From positions 10,230,001 to 10,294,000 of the forward strand of contig OZ365112.1 in assembly GCA_977030845.1 (NCBI GenBank): a DNA stretch of 64,000 bases, written 5' to 3'. The position numbers and the translations under genes are program-made. The DNA is from Fimbriosthenelais zetlandica. Lineage: Eukaryota. This document shows, piece by piece, positions 52,401 through 64,000 of this stretch. Every line of letters starts with the position of its first letter. Position 1 is the first letter of the stretch. A model generated the notes under the pieces. The model saw nothing but the letters and a program-made list of their open reading frames with translations. It made no database searches and was not told the origin of the DNA.

Positions 52401-55400
52401 TGGTTCCTTCAATCAACTTAATATGGACTATACAATGTACGTACAACAATTTGTTGTTCCTACAATCTCTCCTCCCACCGCATCACATCATTCGAGTTCC
52501 ATTTAGCAATGTTCCATTTAAGAATGTTAAATTTTAATACAAAAAGTTTGCAGAACAATTAGTAAATGTATACTTATATGGGCCTATGTATATACAGTAA
52601 GATGAAGGCTTTAGTAGAGAAAGTCTGAGAGAGAAAAGCCATGTCCAGTCTGTGGCCAGCCTATATAGAGATTTGAGTCAATAGGACATTTTAATGTAGA
52701 GAGCTTGGTGAGGAGATCAAGGACTGTCCACTGAGTGGAGAGCTTTAAAACTTGTCCACGGTGGGAAGCCACCTCTGTGACTGAAGGCTCTACATCTAAG
52801 TGAAAAGCGGCCTCTCAACGGATTAGCGGATGTAGCTCAACAAGTCCATGCCCACTCTGCCCCTGGTGTTCACTCAGGGAACTATGTATACTAGATTCCA
52901 CGGCTGGCTACAGTAAACTTTTGAATGTACTGAGCGTATTTTCAATTCATTCCATTCAATTCATTGGGTGGATGATCCCATCCGGCTGAAAATCTTTGGT
53001 TTGGCGATTTGGGTGATTTGGGTGTTAGAGGTCCCATTCAGATCGATCCCTGACCCTTTAAAGCTCATGACCCTGACTGTTTCCTGTCTGTGGCTTGCCA
53101 CCCCATGAATGGCTGGGTTCTGGCAGTTCCGCAGCAGATCTCGGGTTAAGGTTAAGGAACAATGGGAACAGTACGAACCCTGGATGGTTGACCCAAACCC
53201 AGTCCCTTCCCCTCACTGTACCCGCCTGTTCCTCCTGATAATGACACACTATCTCCACTAGGGGAGCCATGATCGCGTGTCCCCTTGTCATCTGGGGTGG
53301 TCTGGGTACTCGCAAGATGAGGGGAGCAGCTCATGCACTCCACATTACATAAGGTAAGCAACAAATTAATGAAACAGTCTCATGTCTGCATATAAAACGT
53401 AATGATATGGGTCAATGGGTGTGAGTTGGAGATATCAACGATATAAATCGGTGAATAGAAGCAACCCTGAAAGTTTTGGGGAAAATGCATAGACGAGGCC
53501 AATGGGAGACAAGTAGACAGGGTACAATATTACAAATAAAGCTCTAGGATTGAAGGTTCAGCGCCCATTCAGGATGGGTAGATTCTATTAAAGAAGCATT
53601 GAGTATAATCTACCTAAATTCTCCCATGCAATTGTTGGTTGTTATTACGTCGCAGCAACAGCCAGGGCCATTTCCCTGCAGTACTCTGCCTTTGTGCTTT
53701 TGTTCTGAACTTAGAGTAGACACGACCCTGTGTCTCTTATTCACAGTCACAAAAGGATGTTTTTGTGCATGGGTAGGATATTTAACTTGGATTTTAAGAG
53801 AATACAGAGCGGGGTCCCAATGTATAAAGCATGCTGTAGCCTTGTCCACAGTCATCATCAAGTATACCTGTCTTTGCTTTGTTATCTCGGCAGCCTACAG
53901 GAGAACACGAGATTGGTTTCCTACAAACATGGCCTCATAAAAGCACAAACGGTTATGTTGATCCATTCATTAGGTACCAGAGCCAGATGCTGGCAGTCCC
54001 AGTGATAACTGGCGATCAGTGAGCTACAAATAATCATTTAAGCTTAGCAGAGACCAGAAGCCCACAACAGTTGACATTTTCTCAATGAGTTTCAGGCCCA
54101 TCAAAGTTGAATGACCCTCAGAGATTTGAAAGGACTGAAAGAATGCCAGTTCACCTATAGAATTAAATTTTTGACCCATAGCTATGGCCTGGAATAGCAG
54201 ACATGAAAATCCACTGATCAAAGGGACATGCTCAAGTGGAAAATTATTTTTAAAAATTGAAATATTTTTAGAAATTGTTTTTAGATACACGTATAAGATT
54301 TATCTATATGAATATTAGAATAGTAGTCATACAGTAGTAAAACCAAATAGTAAAATAAACAATTCTTTTTCTTTATCCTTTGATCGGATGAGACCAAATG
54401 CCTTTTACCTAATAAAGGATCACCTTCATAGTAATCTACGGGAAAACAAGGTACCTGTTCGCATGCAGAACAGCAGGGTCATTTAAGGAGAAGACCAAAA
54501 GATAGAGAACTAAGGGATGAAAAAGAAGCGCAAGGTAGATGTCACTTAAGATAAAAGATGAATTGACATCATATATCTGAGAGAGGAGTTAGATCAATGT
54601 TCTATACCGGAACACGATCCACGCAAAACACGACATGCTAGAACCCATTTACGGCACTATCTGTCACTACGTCATCATTTAGACGTGTCACGTGATGGCT
54701 ATAGATCCCTCACACGGTCAGAATGACATCTTATACGGAAGGACTAGCTAGTATGAGGATGGCAGATTTACAAAGAAAAACCGTCGCTGTGTTCTCATGG
54801 CAATTGAAAATTAGTGTGGTGGTGAGCACTGGAACGAAATAGCAAGACCAAATGAAGTCAATTAAACAGGCCTAATGTGACTCGACTAGATTCTATGAAG
54901 CGTTTTCCTCTGTCAATAGAAACACACAAAAATCAATGGCAAGAATAGATTGGCACATGAAGACGCCCTTTCATGGTAAAGCACTTATTTCAAATAAACG
55001 ATCAGGTGCACGGTGCCACGACTGCTAAGACTTGAATGTGTAAAAGCCATCCAAATAAAATATTTAAGTGTTGCAGCGCTGGGTTTGGGGCTTATATAGG
55101 ACCTTTGGGATAGGGCATTCGACCCATTCTTCATTGGATACAGACCTTTATACCCACAGCCATTGCCACTTCCCCTTCCCCTGGGAACTAAATCCCTTCC
55201 CTGCTTTCTCTGGGAGTACAGCCACAAACTGATCCGGCAATGGTATATAGTGGAGAATAGTGTGCCCAGTGATTAAGCAGAAGCACGTTAAGGGAGCAAA
55301 TGAATAAGTGATAAAAATGGTTCTTCGAATTTGGTATATGCCAGGCAAAGGTTAGATTGGTGAATAATTCAGTGGTTTCAGGCCCCCCTGTTAGAGTGAC

Positions 55401-55575
55401 TTATCTAATGTGGCTCGTAAGGAGCCAGGAGGACAAAGGTCTTCCTCGTTATTTTATTTAATGGCTTCAAGTCCAGGCCTTCTTCCCACCAGTCACAGTA
55501 TTTTACTCTGAACCGGGGCTTGGGGAGAGGGAGGGACCAGAGAGGAAAAGTCTGGGATATTTTGATGGGTCAATA

Positions 55576-55843
55576 TAGAGGTTTTTCACGAGACGTCCCA
55601 GGCGTCATAATACGACGATCCGCCATTTTGGACGTATAGCAATGCACGTCTACGACGTTGTCTACGTTCAAACAAACTGCCTTACAAAGTTAGAAATAAT
55701 AGTAGACAACCCACTAGAAGTTTCAAAAGTACATGAATGTTGTTTGGACGTACCCTATGTACCCTATAGACGTGCAGTGCTATACGTCCAAAATGGCGGA
55801 TCGTCTCATTTTGACGCCTGGGACGTCTCGTGAAAAACCTCTA
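55576..55843. mobile_element. MITE, 268 bp, 77-bp TIRs; superfamily uncertain (TA or AT flanks)
   Basis: TIRs 55576-55652 and 55767-55843 match at 73/77 nt. Both ends sit in TATA, compatible with a TA TSD (Tc1/mariner-like) or an AT TSD (ISL2EU-like). No ORF. Confidence 0.88.
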
Positions 55844-58800
55844 TACCAACAGAGTTCCCACATACAAGATAGGAAACCAGTAAGCATTATGGTTGGATGG
55901 TCAAGAATGTTCCATTTGAGTCCTGCATCAATGAAAACTCATTTTAAATGCTGGCCAGAGGACGGAGGACTCCAGTGGAACATGTCTGGGATGACATGAA
56001 TAATTGCAAAATCAGGTCAGAAGGCAGTATACAAATAATGCATTATTCATTATAGTGCAAGTGTTATTACCACTGGATCCTAGATAGACATTGCCTTCGT
56101 GTTTAATGCAAGGTTTCTCAGCCCCTTCAGAAAATCAAAGACATAATTTCAAGTCAGGATCAACCTGACATTCCAGGTCCGCTATAGTTGAGCGTCATTT
56201 CAATTTTTGATAGCTAAAGTTAATTCCTTTCAAAGAAAGTGTGAAAATCTAAGGGCAAACAAGATGAATGGAATGATGGGTGGGCGATAAAGAAGGAAAT
56301 ACACGAGTAAATATGGGTCAGTACTGAATGTAACCCTTGACACTTTAACAGTATCTCAGTCCATACTATGAGGGTATGGTTCTCCTCCCTCTCCACGACA
56401 ACCAGTCTGTCTCCAAGAGATACATCTTCAGAAAGGAAAGGTCGCAAGGTCTGTAAATGCTGGGCTATAAGGTAAGGCTAAAATGTGATGAATCCAAGCT
56501 TGAAAGGACATATATATGTAGAGGCCCTGTAGAGATTCTCTAAGTTTGATGAGTCCATGTATGAACATATAGCAGAGAGAAATGTGAGGACTGTAACTTT
56601 CATCAAATTATTGGAGTGGGGAGCGGGGGTAGATATGACAGTACTTTTGACAGTGGAAAAATTGGTTGGGGCTAAGCCCCCTCCCTTTCCGGAAATTAGG
56701 GCCTTGAATATATAGTCGGCTCTTATATATGATGGTCTATAGGGAACTGATTAGGAAATGTTGGGATGAAGAACGGTAGCCCTGGAAGACCGGTATGATA
56801 GCTGGCATAGCTGTGCCATGCATATCAGCCTGAGTAGAAACATACCACACATTGCTTTTACATAGTGACTGATTTCCTAATAAATGGGGAAATGAATCCT
56901 AGAGGAACATTGATAAATAATTCAAGACTCATATATGTGAATTCCCCATACTTACAATGAATAGAGAGAAAGAGAAAATGTAGTGTATAATTATATTTCG
57001 GAGAGAGCACTCCGTCATTCAATTACATCCATCTCTTGTGGCCTGGGGAGGAAAGATTTCCCATTAAATAATAAGACATTTGAGACAATCCTTCCTTCAC
57101 AGGGATTCCTCTGGGTAAAGGTGTCATCTATTGGACAAGTTGACAAGTAACGGGAGACATTTTTTCTCTCCGCCAATGGGAATGCAGGATTCGCTCATCC
57201 TGGAACAGATGACACCAGCCACAGGGCCCCTTATATCATTAGATAGTGGTTGCTGGGGAAGGTAACCAACTAATCAATGCCCTCGCTGCAAAAATGAGGC
57301 ACTGAAGTGCAATACAACTATGTATCTTGACAAGATTTTAGAATGACCATTTTAACACAAGACCTAACACCTTTCAGTATTTTCGGTTTCAAATGAGTTT
57401 TCAAAATATGCTGTGATTACTATGGTAAATAGATGGATAATAGACGAGGGAGAAATGTGGAGTAAATTTAGTGGTCCGACGGGCATGCAGGGCAGTGTTC
57501 AGAAGATGCACCCACAATTGCTGTACGCCTGAGATCCAAGCAACTAACCAAATTAAGCACAGACTGGGATACACCCCCTTACATAGGGACGAGCAATGAG
57601 CACATAGAGGGGAATGTACTGGTAGATCATAGGTACACGACAATCAAAGCGATGAAATTTGGATCCCACATTGACTAAAGGCATGATAAAACGGTAATTA
57701 GTTTCGTACTGATTGACATCTGGGCGGGAAGCAAAATGCTGGATAATCCACTATGGGAGGGAAAGTCCAATCAATAGAGCACTATAGCCCAGTATGGTTT
57801 TTAGGGGAAATGAGGATGAATAATCCTCTTTGATGTTACTTTGATTTATGAATTATCATAAAATTAATGGCCACAATATTCGGTCTATAATTTAGACTGG
57901 GATAGCGCCATATATGGTAACAGCTTGTACTGCGTCATTCGGGAAATATTAACCTGTGATACAAGCAATACAAAGCCAATAAATCTCTCTATATGATATC
58001 ATATTTAGTTTTCAATTACAATATAAAAGTGAGGTATCAAGTCGCAGAAGCAAGCAGACTAGGACGAGTACCCACTCAGAGGCTTGGCAATCTATTAAAA
58101 TTCCCAATGATCTATTAGAGAGGCAACTGGCTTCATGAGCAATCTAATAATCACAGTCAATTTACTTTTAACACGGAGTTAACAGTATTATATTGATATC
58201 GCTCCTGCCACTATTGCACCCCCTCGGGCTCTATCAGTTTTACTCACCACCCTTCCAATACAGCATAATTTAATCGACGAATTTAAGTGACACGAAAAAC
58301 CTCTCAGTCACTGATAAGGGAAAGCAGGAAGGATGGAAGCATTGATCCCTACAGGCGTCTACTTAAGCTAATCTTAATCTCAAAGCCACATATATACACA
58401 CATTGAAACCTCAGCTAAATTTAGGACATCTAATATTTTGTGTATCAATTAGGACAAACGGAAGAATTTGTACGTCATTTGGGCCACTATATTTAAGGCT
58501 GTGTTAAATAATCTTTGGGGCCATTCTACACATGTAGGGTTTATTTCACTTATATACTAAGACTTGAACAATAGAATGCCTTAAATCACAAGACACTTCA
58601 GAGCAGAGAAAACACTTGTTGCCATGCCGAATTGTTTTCTTACAATTGTTGCAATTACAGTTATGACGATGCAGGGATACATGTGTATATTAATTTCTGT
58701 ATTTGCGTTACGCATAGAACTGCAGAACTCTTTGTTCAGTAATCTATATCTAATATCCTATCACCAGCAATCTACTGTAACTCATTGAAGCAAGGACGAC

Positions 58801-60799
58801 AGATACACATTACATGGGATAAGTCAACTGTCAGGTCTGGAGAAAGTAATATGAGATGTCAGGAGACTGATATAAGTCCTGAATAGGTGGATCATTTCCA
58901 TATACTACTAGTCGCAATTCTAAGTGATCAGGCTTGAGCAAAGTCTCTTAGATCATGGTTCGTTTGTCCCAAGATCTCATTTGATGACACATTAATTTCA
59001 TGTCATCAAGTTACACTTGATTGAAACTAAAAATTAATTTTCATCTCTATTCCATTTGGCCCTATTAAAATGATATATGTTCAACATTTCATATCTGTAC
59101 TGTACACAGTGTCAAGTGTCCAAAAGAATATTAGTTCATTCCTGACTAATATATATATACATACAAGCAGTCGAAATGAGATGATGCTTCCATGGCTTCC
59201 ATTAGAAATCAATTTCGAAAACCATGATTGTGGAGCCACTTCTGAAATCGCAGCTCTTCAATATGAATAGGTGAAAAACCGTGAACGGAAATAAAAATGA
59301 GTTGGGAAGCAATTGGAGGACGAGCTTCCTCGATAAAAGACACACAAAGCATGAGCTCATCTTCAGCAATAAAGTGCTCATTTCTGAGCTGTAAAAGGTG
59401 GTCATGTTTTTAGCAGATCAGAAACACCCACTAATGACACATGTTTATTGGTGAGGTGGGAATCATGGCTTCCAGAGGTCAATGTAGGCTACTATGACCT
59501 TGTGGGGATCGAAATGGGGAGTGGGATGAGGGAATCACAACTCTTCGGTTTCTTCATAACAGACTGACTATATACAGTATAATGTATATTGTTAAACGTA
59601 GCAAATTAAAAAAAACTGGTAACGAAATACCAATTTAAATTTGAAAATCGGCAGAAAATCAACTGCAAAATGTTGGATAAATGAGCTGTCATGAATGATT
59701 TTCGCCCAAGGGTTTAATGTTTAGCCATAAGTTGTCTTACATTTCGAAAGCCTTTGGCAGTGGATTTTTCTCAAAGAGGTTTACCTGGAGCAGATATGAG
59801 AGAATAGTAGTATTGATATAATCTCAACCGTTGACTAGAAAAGATATCTTTGATGTTTGGGGGTAAATTGTATTTGAGATTGGCTGGTAGAATTAGCAAG
59901 GACTGGGAGAAAGTGTACTGATTACTACCAGATATCTGTTCCTTCTTCAAAGCTCTATTCTCCAAGAAAACAAGGTAAGCATCCTCCTTGATCCTCAAAC
60001 AATGTTTAAAGGCTGCTGTTTAGTGTTTGGTTGGAGTAAACATGCATACCTCCTCCTCTGTATTTCCTCAAGTGAAAGTCTAGAGTACAGATTTGGTGCA
60101 TATAATATAGAAAATATTTCCCTCATTTTCTATTGCCCTTATTGCCCCTGTGTCCCAGGGGGACATTCCAGGGAATGGCAGACTGTCCCAGGGGGGCATT
60201 GCAGGAAATAGGACTGATATTATATCAATCACTAGGCCTATATCAATATATAACGCCCATGTCCCCCCAATGTCCTATTATATTCATTATGAGTTATGAT
60301 TATGGTATTACAAAAACAAACCATAAATAAAAACCAATGTTACATGCAGTAAAACATAGGTGACTTATATAACTGTGTAAACATCCGGACCCTATGTACA
60401 GAGCCATATCATGCATCATTCCTTGTTAGAGGCTCATTTAGCTGATTACCATGGGTCCCTTCCCCCATTCTAACCGGATGAATAACTTTGTCTGAATCTT
60501 AAAAGGACAACTAATGGTCTCAATGAGAATCTGGGGACAACATTTAGATCACCTGGAGTTTGTAAGGCACTCTCTTCTCTCCACTCCTAGCCATTCTGCC
60601 TCTTATTGATATAGCAGGTAATCTAATTCAATTAAACCTTTCTTGCGCTGTATGCACATACATTTCTCAAGAAATATATTAATGAGAATAGAACCTAGAA
60701 AATTGTACATACATACCAGTATGTATGATACATGTATGGTATGAAATAAAAATAATTATGACACCTTTAAGGTATCAGGATGTTTTCAGAAGGGCGTAG

Positions 60800-63013
60800 C
60801 ACAGTATTTATGTCCTTCGAGCCTGTAAACACAAACTCCTTCCCAAGAAAAGGGAAAGGGAAGGCCTTTGAAGGCCTTCGGGAAATGTGCTATTTTAGTC
60901 CTTGGAATACCTAATGTTAGCAGCCGTCAGGAATGTGTTAAGAAAGGCTAAGTACCAGTCTAAGCAGAGCCACCTCTCATCTGCATCTCAGGGCGCAGAC
61001 AAAAGCCTTTTAAAAACAGCAGCTTAGCTTGAATTAAATGATGATGTCATAATTTCTCGGCAGGTGGCCGGATGCGGCTTTCACTTGGTCCAGAAGGGCC
61101 CTCAATCACAAGTAGTGGAGGAGAGACGGGGATGAGAGGAAGAGGGGGAGAAAAGAAAGAGAGGATGAAGGCAACTGGGAACAATGAAAGTATAGTAGAA
61201 AAGTGAATGAGGCAACGAAAGGAGGAGAAGGAAAGGAGAGAAGTAAAGAGGAGGGAGTGGGAAGAGGGAAGGGGGCAAGAGCAAAGTAGGAAGATAGGAG
61301 GAAAAGGGAAGGTAGTAGAAGAGAATGAAAGAAGGGGAGGAGAAAAGGACATACATGTACAGACAGGAAGGAAGAAGTGGTGGATAGAGCAAGAGGGGAG
61401 TAGCAATTATGAACAACCTTATAGTTGGAAATCATATTTCAGACTAACTGTATTCATTTTAACGGCATAAAGTACAATGAACAGCAAACTCAATATCAAT
61501 TATGTGTGAACGGTGATTTAGAGAGTATTTAAAGTGTAGTCTTGGACGGTAAACTCGGTACAAGAAGGGTATATAGCCTACCAGACGGCCGCCTAATTGA
61601 GGGAGATAGCTAGGGGATAGTATTTTCTGGCCCTATAATTTTAGGGTGTTCAGGGAAATGAGGGGGAAAATAAAATGTCAATAAAAGTATGAGAGCTGGA
61701 GGCCAGAACAAGGATGGCAAGGTCACCAGAGGACATGCTTAAAGGTCAAACAAGAGCGTGTGGACGATATTAAGTGAAAGTTATTGAGAAGGTCGTATTC
61801 TAATAGCTTTCAGGTCGGTACATCCAAGCTGTGAACTCATCCAATAACATAATATAATTCGTTTATAATTGAAGATTGAATATCATTGGTTCAGAAAAGG
61901 AAATCGGAAAATCATTATATTTCAGTTTATAAATATTCTACCTGCCGCATCTTTGCACTTATACGGACCAAGTGCATAGGAATCTGTGCAGACCATGTCA
62001 TCTCTATCTTATCTTAAAAAATGTAAGGTACAACAGTAAGGTACAATTGATTAACAGCAACATCTTTAAAGGGTTAAAGCCAGGAACCAATTACTGGATT
62101 GACTCCTGACCGCATCAATATGTGCTAATTTATCGATAATGACCAGACGTGACCTATGGAGGAAGGATGCAATGAAGGGTCCAGCCATGGCACGGTAACA
62201 CTCATGATCAGATCTCATGAGTTTTGATGCAAGGCAATGCCATTAGCATATTGACCTGCACAACCAAGAAACAGATTTCTCCCAGCATGTCTATAAGAGG
62301 CACTGTTGGCAACTGTTCATATGACGACACAACAGGAAGACAAAGTCGTGTCCTCACCATTGTGCCAATCAATTTTCACCAGTTTCAAACTAATCAATTA
62401 TTCACGATGCAGAAGCCAAATGGGGTCAGTCTCAAAGGTGTAATTTCCGACAGTGTTTATTTGAAACCAAGTGGCACCCATCTGTCTTCTAAGTCAGATC
62501 TGACTGTGGGAGGGACATGGCTTGACGGGCGCGTAAAGTGTTGGCTGCAGGGTATACGTAGGCCTACATGGGCTTAAACATGTACAGATGGCCAAGGGGA
62601 ATAGTTCTCGTTACATAATAGCAAAATAATAATGGTTAAAACCCAGTGTTTGTCCACCGACTTGCTAAATCCTTCACAGATGAAGTGTTCCCACGTGCAT
62701 GTAAATGCTTGCAACCAACATGGCAGTGATTAGGCTCTTAAATCTCAGGATAATGAAATGGCCATTTTATAATTAGAGTGTTTTTGGTCTGACCAACTTT
62801 AATGGACTCAGTTGTTGAAGGACAGAAAAGGTGAAAGCTATAGAAATCTGCAAGGAACCAAGGGCGGAAGGATTCAGGAAAAGTAGTCCATACCAGATGG
62901 ACTACTTTCCGTCTAAGCGGGAAGTCTTCAAAGGCCTTATCACGGAGTCCTTCCCTTTCCTTTTTCTGGGGTAGGAGGTTGAGTTTACCGGCTGGAAGGA
63001 CATAAACACTGTG
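60800..63013. mobile_element. Inward-facing 65-bp inverted repeat pair with CACAGT(G/A) ends; candidate non-autonomous Transib/RAG-like or other CAC...GTG transposon, or two dispersed copies
   Basis: 60800-60864 (+) versus 63013-62949 (-): 57/65 identical, ungapped. Similarity starts abruptly at CACAGT in both copies. No TSD (CGTAG versus TTTAT) and no transposase ORF between them. Confidence 0.5.
61120..61400. repeat. GA-rich low-complexity block
   Basis: Purine-rich plus strand; weak CR1-like SNYKVVHN relic immediately to its right on the minus strand. Confidence 0.85.
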
Positions 63014-64000
63014 TTTATTTTACCCCAAGGGAAGCTTGGTAGGGTTATGTGCAGGCCTGGAGGCGGGGAGGAGAGGGAACAATATCCTGGGTCAGTCTGG
63101 ACTCAGGGGAACTTGGTGGAGCGTTCAACAAATCTGTTAAATGTTGCCCATGGTTTAATGACTAGGGCAAGAGGTGTAGTGGCTTTGATGTATGGCGAGG
63201 GTCAAGTCCTGGGACATATGGAAGTGGAACATGACTTCATCATAACACTATTAACCTTTCTATATCATGTCTCCTCTGTGTTACATGGCAATTAATCACA
63301 TCACGATTTGTATGTAATATTAAGTCCCCATTGAAAAATAAATCAGGTATTTGTTTCATTCAGGTATGAAAATTGAAGCCGAAGATGTAATATTACATGT
63401 CCATTTGAATACTATTCATTATGAGGTACCCCATGGTCCAGTTTATTAATTTAACTAAATACTGAACCATATGGCATACATAAATAGGCCTATGCATGTG
63501 TCATTTGGTTTAGTATTTGAAGAGGGCCATGGCGACATAGAACTATGCCTGAGCCAATTCCCACTTTGGTAAGTAGCACTCGGAAAAGTGGTTTCAACCT
63601 ATCCCACTGCCAAACTCACATGCACAGAGATAATATAGAGTTTACAGTGTTAAATTTGATGGCCAGCATCCTTTTTTGTTCAGATGGGGAGAGAGAGGAA
63701 AAGCAAAGGACTGATGGGAGAAGGGGACTTAGCCAGGAGCTGTAGTAGGGTTTCAGATGTGGCTTCTCATAATTTGCATCAAAAACCTAAAGACGCATGG
63801 CTTCCTATGGTGTTGCAAAACAGCTATCCGTTTTCTTATTCTGGAAGGGATCTGTTCAGAAAACAAAGTTGTTCTAAGGCAATTAGCCTTTTTCTTCGGG
63901 ATTGGCTTATATAAGCATCTTTGAGCTCCCCGAAAATATTTCTGCGAAAACGGGAGATGGGAATTGACATGGATGAAAAAGATAGGACAAACAATTTATT

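Noticed and set aside
53140-53159. Perfect U12 branch point TTCCTTAAC followed by AG on the minus strand
   Set aside because: One such 9-mer is expected by chance in 64 kb; no U12 donor upstream, no recognisable exon downstream, and it lies in a probable CR1 relic (TRGH motif).
62866-62960. Functional hammerhead ribozyme
   Set aside because: The catalytic core deviates (no CUGANGA), stem II does not form, and extra nucleotides separate the cleavage triplet from stem I.
1-64000. The remaining ORFs in the six-frame track as genes
   Set aside because: They are short, low-complexity (S/L/P/F or E/R/K/G-rich from GA/CT blocks) or fragments of decayed LINEs; none shows a recognisable intact domain.
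1-64000. CRISPR array, rRNA, intact tRNA, prokaryotic operon or defence system
   Set aside because: No regularly spaced repeat-spacer units, no rRNA or full tRNA signatures, and coding density far too low; the sequence is eukaryotic.

Overview
This is animal genomic DNA, not prokaryotic: about 40% GC by eye, CpG-depleted background, intron-sized spacing and abundant decayed LINEs. An invertebrate deuterostome such as an echinoderm is plausible but is only my inference. The one securely recognisable gene segment is the first coding exon of a T-type voltage-gated calcium channel alpha-1 subunit (Cav3, CACNA1G/H/I family) on the minus strand, 21630->21164. It ends at a textbook minor-spliceosome (U12, AT-AC type) donor, CC|ATATCCTTT. 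I could not find exon 2 by eye, so the U12 intron probably exceeds 21 kb and runs off the left edge. The 42 kb to the right of the start codon has no recognisable coding exon. It holds candidate cis-regulatory modules (perfect DR1 plus ETS near the ATG; ETS+NRF1 and YY1+NRF1 islands), a young MITE, many decayed L2/CR1-like LINE fragments with GA-rich blocks, and a 65-bp inverted repeat pair starting with an RSS-heptamer-like CACAGT(G/A). A second young MITE lies inside the intron (267-1040). I found no rRNA, intact tRNA, CRISPR array or intact transposase, and almost all ORFs in the supplied track are spurious. I cannot claim a demonstrated new biological system. The best leads are (i) a cluster of major-spliceosome donors behind a stop codon just inside the U12 intron and (ii) the CACAGTG-ended inverted repeat pair at 60.8/63.0 kb. 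LINE coordinates are approximate and rest on by-eye motif matching.
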